Below are positions 1 to 8,200 of a DNA stretch of 64,000 nt, piece after piece; within the stretch, counting starts at the first letter, position 1; each line of letters starts with the position of its first letter. Under the pieces are notes generated by a model. It was not told where the DNA came from, did no database searches, and saw nothing but the letters and a program-made list of their open reading frames with translations. This stretch comes from a virus, in the IMG/VR virus record IMGVR_UViG_3300028550_004390, positions 2,734 through 66,733 of that record; one strand, 5' to 3'. The position numbers and the translations under genes are program-made.

Positions 1-135
1 TTGAATGGCATACTTCTTATAAGTCTTTAATGTTACTCCGAGGTATCTACTAGCTTGGCCATTCGAAATGGTGTGTTCCATCGCTTTTCTGATGTCCGAC
101 TCCATTATAGCAAACTTGCTTTTACCTCTACCCAT
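1..135 (-). CDS. N-terminal part of a gene running off the window (HTH-like start, possibly an HNH endonuclease); not in ORF track
   Basis: Manual translation from ATG at 135: MGRGKSKFAIMESDIRKAMEHTISNGQASRYLGVTLKTYKKYAIQ..., open to the window edge; QASRYLGV resembles an HTH; overlaps the stop of 135..329. Confidence 0.6.
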   Translation of the reverse strand, partial: MGRGKSKFAIMESDIRKAMEHTISNGQASRYLGVTLKTYKKYAIQ

Positions 136-329
136 TATACTGCTGCTATAATTTTAGTTGATTTGACTTCTTTCACTTCGAAATCACTAACACCTTGTCC
201 GAATTCTTGTACAGTTTTAGCTTCAGCTTCTGTAACTGATGCAGCTTCTACTAGGTATTGTTCGGTATACTTTTTAACTTTACCGTTGTGGTCACCTTCC
301 CACTTTGCTTTTACTAGATAATTAATCAT
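135..329 (-). CDS. DUF4494-like small protein
   Basis: TEQYLVEAASVTEAEAK resembles Bacteroidota DUF4494 (EqYLVdAlSfTEAEar). Confidence 0.65.
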   Translation of the reverse strand: MINYLVKAKWEGDHNGKVKKYTEQYLVEAASVTEAEAKTVQEFGQGVSDFEVKEVKSTKIIAAV

Positions 330-681
330 AACTTTCTTCCTTTTTTATATTATTATTTTCAATGAAATATTCATAAGACTTTTGGGTTGTTCCGTTTGGA
401 TCGTCCGCAGTGCTGTTCATAATGTCAGCAGCAAAGCCTCGGTTATTACGCTTTTCAATTTGCTCCCAATGATCTACAACAAATAAGTTTTTCCATGCTG
501 TAAACACGTCTTTAGCAGACTGTAGAGAGGTATATTTATGAGGTATTAAGCTCTTACCAGATTCGGACTGCACAGCAAACCCATTAGAGGTTGCTATAGT
601 TTTGCATCCAGGATACCGCTTAGTTAAAACTGCTTTAAGTTTTCGGAACTTAAACATCCGGAATTCTTTTGAATCTATCAT
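322..681 (-). CDS. hypothetical protein
   Basis: 119 aa ORF with overlaps to both neighbours. Confidence 0.7.
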   Translation of the reverse strand: MIDSKEFRMFKFRKLKAVLTKRYPGCKTIATSNGFAVQSESGKSLIPHKYTSLQSAKDVFTAWKNLFVVDHWEQIEKRNNRGFAADIMNSTADDPNGTTQKSYEYFIENNNIKKEESYD

Positions 682-2693
682 TAGATGAACATTTTATTAA
701 GTGAACGTGCGAGAGGCATAAGCTCATCGACTGAAATGTTTGAAGCTCCTTTACCATACATCTTTTGGAAATTAGCTAGACCATAGTCTCCACCATCAAT
801 AAAGTAGCTTAAGACTTTGATGCCTTTATTAGTCATTTTATTGACTTGCTTTCTTGTATGATCGATAGCGTATTCTCCACCATAGCTAATACCTTTGCCG
901 TTGAACCAAGGTTGACCGTCACTAAAGTTAATGAAGTAGCTATCAAGGTTACCAGCTGAACTAGACAAATGATTTTGTAGAGCTTCGAAGCATAGACCTT
1001 CTGGAGTTGTTCCTCCTGGGTAGATGTGCTTAAACAAAGTCTGAATCTTTAGTATTTTGTCTGTTCTTGAATCATAAGCAATTAAAGCAAGAGGCTGATG
1101 ATTTTCTGTACTTCTGAATGATATTTGAACGTCGAAGTTGTTGGTCATTGAAGCTGCTTTAGCTATTGCCACCGCAGCAGTCATTGATTTGGAGAATCTA
1201 GTCCCAGACATACTTCCTGAAGCATCTATTGATAAGTGGACTATAGCATTTTTGTGCTTTTGAACGTCCATAGTAGAAAAGATATTCTCTGCTCCATATC
1301 CTAATGAGGATAATAAACGCTTATCTATTCTGCCTTTAGGAAGACGAGTTGTTTTTAAGGTTCTGGACTCGTTTCTGACTTGGAGTTTGCGTCCTAGTAT
1401 TGATCCAAGTCTTAGACCTTTATCGACATCCCCTTGGGTTCTGTCTGTAGGGGTCCAACCATATCCTTGAGTAAGAATTTCCTTAAATGAATCTGAATCT
1501 ATTAGCTTTTTTGTAAGCTTTTTAACCAATATGCATTTGACTCCGGTATGAGTAGTCTTTCCATAGCGGCCAGTGAATTCTCCAGCTCCAACATTAGTTT
1601 CTTCCACTGCAGAATCTGCAATAGCTTCTACAGACTTGAGAGCAGATTTGCTAAGTTTAGATTTCTTAACACTGCCTTCTAGGAATTTTTCTTGAGCTTC
1701 TATAGCTTTTTTTAGTTGTTCCTGTTGGCGAGGACTTAATTGTGATGGAGCAGGAGCGTTTCCTCCAGGTCCGCCATTTCCAACTTCTGTTTGAGACATA
1801 GTAGTAGAACCATCGGCAGTAGAGCCGTCATCTTTACCACCTGAAGGACCATTGCCGAAATTTCCATTGCCATCTACGGGATTAGTATTCCCAGCTGTTT
1901 GGCTATCGCATTCGCCTTCGCCGCCTGTTTCGCCTTCTCCTTCACAGTCAGATTCTTCTGGTTCTGGTAGAGATTCATTGACCAATTCGTAAACATCCAA
2001 AGCAAGAGCTAAAGAATCCCATGTTGTTTCCAATCTTGAAATATCTTTGATGTTAATTAAGTCCCAAACTTCTTGAAGTTTTGGTAGAGCTGTTAAGTTC
2101 CTATTTGGATTAATGAAGTTGCAAATGTGAAACATGTAATTGCCCCAGTTTTCTTCGGAGTTTTCTCCGAGGATAAGAGCTTTATCAATGATCTTGGCAT
2201 TAAAGTATTTGTCATACATAGCATGATAATAGCCTTTATAGCCAGGAGATGTTTTAAATATGAAGTAGTCTATTCTACGGTCTTCGATAATATTAACAAG
2301 GTCCTTAACAGTAGCCCTAACATCCATAAGCTCTCCGGCATCAAAGCCAAACCTATCTTTAATAGCTTTTTCTATTGCTGGGAGAGTTTTGAAGTCTGTT
2401 AATTTGATGTGAGACCCTTCATGAAGAGCAAGTCCAACAGCAGCATCGAAGTTAGAATCTTTTAGATCTGCGCCTATAGTAACAGTTTTACCATCAGTGT
2501 AGCTATCCTTTCCAGTAAATGTAACTGGAATGTTTTCGCCTGTGACGATATTAACAAAATTACCAATGGCTCTTTTAGAGGCAGCCAATTTGACAAGGTT
2601 TTTACCTTGGTTTATCTTTTCACCAGTTAAGATGTCGAACTCATTGCTGAGTCCAGGGTTTAACCAAAAAGATGAATTTCCATATTTGTTCAT
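681..2693 (-). CDS. HExxH metallopeptidase-like N-domain + Gly-rich linker + C-terminal vWA domain (CobT/MoxR-partner-like)
   Basis: ALHEGSHI and NIIEDRRID motifs; MIDAS DASGSMS, GGTTPEG and FSDGQP. Confidence 0.8.
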   Translation of the reverse strand: MNKYGNSSFWLNPGLSNEFDILTGEKINQGKNLVKLAASKRAIGNFVNIVTGENIPVTFTGKDSYTDGKTVTIGADLKDSNFDAAVGLALHEGSHIKLTDFKTLPAIEKAIKDRFGFDAGELMDVRATVKDLVNIIEDRRIDYFIFKTSPGYKGYYHAMYDKYFNAKIIDKALILGENSEENWGNYMFHICNFINPNRNLTALPKLQEVWDLINIKDISRLETTWDSLALALDVYELVNESLPEPEESDCEGEGETGGEGECDSQTAGNTNPVDGNGNFGNGPSGGKDDGSTADGSTTMSQTEVGNGGPGGNAPAPSQLSPRQQEQLKKAIEAQEKFLEGSVKKSKLSKSALKSVEAIADSAVEETNVGAGEFTGRYGKTTHTGVKCILVKKLTKKLIDSDSFKEILTQGYGWTPTDRTQGDVDKGLRLGSILGRKLQVRNESRTLKTTRLPKGRIDKRLLSSLGYGAENIFSTMDVQKHKNAIVHLSIDASGSMSGTRFSKSMTAAVAIAKAASMTNNFDVQISFRSTENHQPLALIAYDSRTDKILKIQTLFKHIYPGGTTPEGLCFEALQNHLSSSAGNLDSYFINFSDGQPWFNGKGISYGGEYAIDHTRKQVNKMTNKGIKVLSYFIDGGDYGLANFQKMYGKGASNISVDELMPLARSLNKMFI

Positions 2694-2729
2694 GAGGTAG
2701 TGGGTTTAAGTAGTTAGTTAATGTACATA

Positions 2730-2784
2730 GCTAATATACAGCTTTATCTGTAAATACTATGATAAAAAGCGTTAAGAAACGTTA
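2730..2784 (-). promoter_or_regulatory. 55-bp class A promoter cassette, copy 1
   Basis: Ungapped match to copies at 3153, 31181, 36152 and 46640; ends in TGTATATTAG upstream of 2693. Confidence 0.75.
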
Positions 2785-3120
2785 AAACTTATTTAGTAGT
2801 TCTTTTATAATTAGGACATCTTCAGGAGATATTCTTCCTGCTCCTGGAACGTCGAGATACTCATCCAAAGAAGTCATTGTGGAGATGTTGTATTTTTTAT
2901 TCATCGTCCTCATTAACTCAATGGCCTCGTAGTGTAGTTCCATTTCTTTAGAATAAAACTTTTCTCTATATTCACTGTAGTTGGTCAGGATGTCTATAAT
3001 AGTGTCTGTGTCTAGACTAGAGTAGGCTGAGACTGTTTTAGTGTCGAACATATTGGTGACACCTGATTTGCGGACTGATTCGTAAGAATCAAATTCTGAT
3101 TTTGTAATTTCTTTTGTCAT
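2782..3120 (-). CDS. DUF5049-like protein
   Basis: VRKSGVTNMFD motif. Confidence 0.6.
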   Translation of the reverse strand: MTKEITKSEFDSYESVRKSGVTNMFDTKTVSAYSSLDTDTIIDILTNYSEYREKFYSKEMELHYEAIELMRTMNKKYNISTMTSLDEYLDVPGAGRISPEDVLIIKELLNKF

Positions 3121-3152
3121 GTTAGTGGGTTTATTAATGATTGATTGACATA

Positions 3153-3207
3153 GTCAATATACAACTTTTTAAGCAAAGACCACGATATAAACCGTTAAAA
3201 AACGTTA
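3153..3207 (-). promoter_or_regulatory. 55-bp class A promoter cassette, copy 2
   Basis: Plus-strand gtcaatatacaac...accacgat...cgttaaaaaacgtta. Confidence 0.75.
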
Positions 3208-3426
3208 AGAATCCCGAAATTTGTCATCCAATATCTTATCCATTATAGTTAGGATCTCTGATGGTCTTTTATCAGAGTTAAATATGCCTACAAGCTTAGT
3301 TGAAAACTCATCTTCGCACATCAAGGCATCTGCTTTGCCCAGTCTTCTTAGAACTTCTGTAATTCCTCCGGATTGAAACCATTCTCTTAGTTTCCATGTT
3401 GAAACGTATCTTTTGTTAAATCCCAT
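3205..3426 (-). CDS. hypothetical protein (likely start MGFNKRY)
   Basis: ORF 3205..3486; internal ATG at 3426 minimises overlap with the upstream gene. Confidence 0.6.
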   Translation of the reverse strand: MGFNKRYVSTWKLREWFQSGGITEVLRRLGKADALMCEDEFSTKLVGIFNSDKRPSEILTIMDKILDDKFRDS

Positions 3427-3598
3427 AAAATTCCTTTTTTGCTTTGTATAAATAATTAAGGGTCTGAAAGTGTATTCCCGCACCATGTATCAATTTAAAG
3501 TTAGCTAACATCCTCTTTGACCCATTAAAATGAGGGGTTGTTTTGCAACTATCTATTACCTTAGCTGTCTTTCTATATGCTTTAGTAATGCTTTTCAT
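3416..3598 (-). CDS. hypothetical protein
   Basis: 60 aa ORF just downstream of the promoter motif at ~3613. Confidence 0.6.
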   Translation of the reverse strand: MKSITKAYRKTAKVIDSCKTTPHFNGSKRMLANFKLIHGAGIHFQTLNYLYKAKKEFYGI

Positions 3599-3610
3599 TG
3601 TTATTGTCTA

Positions 3611-3650
3611 TGTTAATATACGACATTTATGGTAAGAATAAAAATTTATT
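3611..3650 (-). promoter_or_regulatory. class B promoter (TTTTTAT-N~15-CGTATATTAA)
   Basis: Plus-strand ttaatatacgac...aataaaaat; motif recurs in 7 intergenic regions. Confidence 0.6.
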
Positions 3651-4674
3651 GAAGGGTATTTACAATTGCTGCTGTTGCTAAATATGGATCCACATTTGAT
3701 GACGGTCTGCGATCTTCTAAATAGCCTTTCCAAGTTTTACCTACATTCTCTGGAATTCTTATGGAAGCTCCGCGATCACTTACCCCATATGAAAATTTAC
3801 GAATATCTTGGGTTTCATGTTTTCCGGTAAGTCGCTGGTCATTGTATAGTCCGTAGACCTTCATGTGCGTGTCGTGTTGGTCCTCTAAACGCTCGCATAT
3901 AGCTTCAAAATAGCTTTTTCCACCCTTACCTCTAGTCATTTTTGTGCTGAAGTTAATATGACATCCAGACCCATTCCAATCTCCTAGCACAGGTTTTGGA
4001 TGTAGTTCTATATCTGCTTTAGCATCTTCTGCTTCACGAATTAACAAGAATCTACTTAGTATTAGATTGTCACAAACTTCTAAAGTGTCTTTACCAAACA
4101 ACTGGAATTCCCATTGCCCAAGAGTAACCTCGGCATTTACCCCAGTTATGTCCATTCCAGCTGCTATGCATTGTTCGGCATGTTCTTCACATATCCATCT
4201 GCCAGCTACATTCTTATTTCCAGATGCACAATAGTTTTCACCTTGTGGTGGTGGAGTTCCTTTTGCTGGCCATCCCATTGGTCTTCCATCTTTGAATATA
4301 AAGTATTCCTGTTCAAATCCCCACCAATACTGGTTCTTAGTATATAGGTCTTTGAACTCTCTTAGTTTGGCTCTGGTGTTTGACTCATGAACTGTTCCGT
4401 CGGCATTGTAGACTTCACACAAAACTAATAGATGAGAATTATCATATCCATTTGGGATTATTCGTACAGGTTTCAGAACACAGTCAGAACTATTTCCATC
4501 GGCCTGTTTAGTAGAACTACCGTCAAAGTTCCATTCTGGAAGATCTTCTACCATAACTATGGATGAGTCCATGTCATTTATATATCTTACTTTACTTCTG
4601 ATGTTCTGGACATCATAACCATCAAGCCAAATATACTCGGCTTTTAGGACTTTTTGATTTAAATTATTTATCAT
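3646..4674 (-). CDS. glnII: glutamine synthetase, type II (auxiliary metabolic gene)
   Basis: AEYIWLDG, PEWNFDGSST.QA.G.SSD, GFEQEY, NAEV..GQWEFQ, HPKP..GDWNGSGCH.NFS, RLTGKHET, DRGASIRIP, GYLEDRRPSSN.DPY; likely start ATG 4674. Confidence 0.95.
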   Translation of the reverse strand: MINNLNQKVLKAEYIWLDGYDVQNIRSKVRYINDMDSSIVMVEDLPEWNFDGSSTKQADGNSSDCVLKPVRIIPNGYDNSHLLVLCEVYNADGTVHESNTRAKLREFKDLYTKNQYWWGFEQEYFIFKDGRPMGWPAKGTPPPQGENYCASGNKNVAGRWICEEHAEQCIAAGMDITGVNAEVTLGQWEFQLFGKDTLEVCDNLILSRFLLIREAEDAKADIELHPKPVLGDWNGSGCHINFSTKMTRGKGGKSYFEAICERLEDQHDTHMKVYGLYNDQRLTGKHETQDIRKFSYGVSDRGASIRIPENVGKTWKGYLEDRRPSSNVDPYLATAAIVNTLQ

Positions 4675-4897
4675 ATTTAGGCCATAACTTTTTAGGACAA
4701 CTTTCAGATGCCCAGATTGTTTTTGTGCGGATACGACATCCACATTCTTTACATTTTATTTTCTTCGCATCAAAGCTTGGGCAGGAAAAACATATAAGCT
4801 TTCTCCTCAACTCTACTTCAAATGGAACATCTGTGGGATCTTTCGATCTGCGCCACAACGCCTTTATAAATGTGAATACTACTTTAATAGTTTTCAA
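4664..4897 (-). CDS. small Cys-rich zinc-binding protein
   Basis: CxxC...CxxCGC...CP pattern. Confidence 0.65.
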   Translation of the reverse strand: MKTIKVVFTFIKALWRRSKDPTDVPFEVELRRKLICFSCPSFDAKKIKCKECGCRIRTKTIWASESCPKKLWPKYDK

Positions 4898-5266
4898 TTA
4901 CTTCGCTTTCTTAATGAGTGCTAATGCATTTTGTATTTCTGATAGCTTAAGCTGTAGTTCCTTTGTCTTCTCAGCTAGATTGATTACTTCAGCCGAGTAA
5001 TATCCGGTGAAATATACTTCACTCTTCTTTGAATCTACAGCAGCTTTTGCTCTTGCATGCTTTGGGCTATCCGCTTTATAATAGCCTACTGTTCTCATGT
5101 GACGTCGTCCGTCCAGTTCATATACTTCATATGTGCCCTTCTTCTTTGGACTGTAGGTCGAGAAAAAATCTTTTTCCGCTTGGGGAGTTTTATCTTTTGC
5201 AAGGGTGTTAAGAGCGGCTAACTCTTTGTCATATACACCTTCATTCATAATATCTTTTAATTTCAT
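4898..5266 (-). CDS. putative internal virion protein with MKLKDIMNE leader
   Basis: N-terminus shared with other local ORFs. Confidence 0.6.
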   Translation of the reverse strand: MKLKDIMNEGVYDKELAALNTLAKDKTPQAEKDFFSTYSPKKKGTYEVYELDGRRHMRTVGYYKADSPKHARAKAAVDSKKSEVYFTGYYSAEVINLAEKTKELQLKLSEIQNALALIKKAK

Positions 5267-5277
5267 TTTTATAGTCC

Positions 5278-8200
5278 TTATTTCAAACGGCTAAGTGCTT
5301 TACCACACGCTTTGTTGAATTTGTTCATGTGCGGTACAGCTTCTTTATTCTCTCGTTCTTGTATAAGCTCTATGGCCATATCTAAGTGGGCTGTTATACC
5401 TTCATACGTATTGTCGTCATTATCAATAAGCCATTCCTCAAATGCTTCTGAGAGCTTGTATAGCTTTTTCTCACCCATACTAACGGTAGCAAACTTGCCC
5501 AAACCTAATAGGGATTTGATAGGTAGATCTTGAAGTTGAGCTTCATTAACTGACTCTACTATTTTAGCCTTTTTCAATATCTTCATTACATAGTCTTCAG
5601 ACGAATTGCCAGAAGAGGGTGGAGAAAAACTACCATTAGCAGTGACGGACCCACCAACATGTTGACCTCCAAGGAGTAAGTAGTATCGATCGCCAAATCG
5701 AGTAGAATTATTCGAACCCTTAGGGACTTTTACTATTTCCCATTTACCCTTAGCAACTGTCTGTTCCTTTCCTTCATTAACTGATTCACTGAATAGCGTT
5801 TCGCCAGTGTTTGATTCAATCGATATAATAGCATTTGGATATTGTTTTTGTAATTCATTAAACGCTGCTGGAACTGCTGCTGGTGTGTCAACTAATTCTT
5901 GTTTAACAACCATACCGCTATTAATTACTACGATCGTTACAGGATAGCTTCCCTTCTTTGCAGCTTTATGTATCTTACCTCTACTAGCTTCATTTATTTT
6001 GCCTTCTTGGTATAGATCTTTACCTTTATGCTTCTTACCAGTTTTAGTTAGGTTCCTAGCTAGGATTGGGTGAAAGCTTTTTGGTCTTGAGTTAAATTTA
6101 ACATAAGCTACTTGGTTAGCACCACTGCCGCTTACTTTATTAACCAACCCAACTTCCTTTCCTGAGCCAACATAGTCTCCTTTACGAATTTCAGTTAGTT
6201 TGCCTTCTTTAACAACCAAGCTAGCAATTGTATCAATAAACTTTATTGACTTACCAGTCTTAGTGAATTCCACTGTCCATTTCCTTGGGTCCTTTTTGGC
6301 TCCATTGGTACTAACAGTAACTGATTTACCATCATATTTTCCATTTGCTTCACCATTCTTGAACATGAACTTCATGAACCTGTCTCTTTCACTAGTATTT
6401 TGTTTGCCAATGTTAAAATCTTCTTCAACAGATTCTTGGGCATCTTTCCAAGCCTTAGAGTCTGGGTATTCGTCATCGCCTGGCTTTGCAGGAGATTCAC
6501 CCCTAGCCTTTTTCTTTCTGACATTGTCCCAAAGACCTTCAGAAACTGATTCCTTAATTCCTTCTACAACAACCTTGTTTTGTCTGAACATCATGTCCAA
6601 CCAATCTTGAGGCTGCCAACCTGTGTTTCTGCCATAGTTTCCATTGCCTTCCTGATCTACTTTAACTCTATAGCCATCACCATGAGGATTAACAATTTTC
6701 CATTTAGCACCAGTTTTGAATTTTAATATGTCACCCTTTTTAAGAGTTACTTCGGAGATAGATTCCACCTTACCTTTGGATATCTTAGTTCTAAGCTTTT
6801 TAAACTTGTCGTTAATATAGTAGTACCCATATTTACCTGATTTACCACCGCCTAAACCTTTAATATGATTATAAAGAGCTTTATAATGTCCAGACCCTGT
6901 TGCGATAGAATCTATTAGCTTTTTAATTTTAGGATCTTCAGAAAGTATTTTAATAATATCTGCATCAGTTAACTCATCATTAATGTACTTAGCAACTTGA
7001 GCTGTCTGAAAGTCCTGGAGTTCTTTATACTTTATCTTCTTGCCAATGACAGGTAATAGCTTAGCATAGTTGTTGAATCCTTTTTTGAATATCTTACCTA
7101 TGCCTTTGACATCACTTTTTGTTTGTCCCATTAGTTTTGTAAACTTATCATCAGACATTAAAGCAAGTCTTCCTAGAATTCCAGTAGTAGTTATTAGCGC
7201 TGCAACTACCGGTAATGATAGCACCATCTCATTAAGAACCCCTTCAGAAACTGATTCATTATAATCTTCAATGTCAGAATATCTAATTTCGTGTTCTTCA
7301 CCATCTTCATCAACTCCAAAGATAACTTTATCTTGCCACATATCCCAAAAATCCTGCCCTCCTCTACCAGAGTTGGATTCGATATTACTATCGTCACCTT
7401 TCTTAGGATTGTAGATGACATATTGTTTTCCTCTATTGACAGTAATCATACCATCAGCCTTTTTCATGGCTTTCAACAATGAATTCTTGTTGAATTTAGC
7501 TTCGTTAATTGATTTATTCTTTTTCATTATTTTAGCTTCCTTTAAGCTGTATTCCTTTTTAAGCTTTTCCCAAACAGTTTTGTATTTACTTGATAGCTTT
7601 TCACGGCCAAGTACTTTGGATAGCATAATCTTATTGAGAGCAAGTTGCTCATACTCTGGCTCTTTGTCTCTATTGGCTTTTAGTCTAGACTTCTTTTCAA
7701 CATCTTTAATAGCAAGCTTGATCTTGTGCTCATCTTTATTGATGTGTTTGAATTCTGCTTCAGTTAATTTGCTTTCAGTAAGTTTTTTCATTAGCAACGT
7801 TTGAGTCAATGCATTTGCATCTACTGGTCCGTATTTTTTACCATCTTTAGTAAAGGTTACGTAATCTGTTCTTCCACTAGCTTTTTTCTTAACGTCCCAA
7901 CCAAGTTTTCTACCAATTCGCATTGCTTTAGAAGCTCCTAAAGTTGCTACTTCATTAACTGATTCCTTTACGCGATTGCTTGTAAAGGCTCTCTTAACGG
8001 CCTTGTAAAAGTCTTTATGGTATTTCTTAGGAACGTGGTCTGACTTTAAGTAGTCATATAGGTCTTGCTCGTAACTCCAAGATTGATTTGCTGCTTGGTG
8101 TTGAGTTGAACTCCACCTTGCAGCTATATCTAGCATAGTAGCTACATCACTGGGATCCATGAAGTCACCAAAACCTTCTGTTAATTCCACTGAACCTTTC

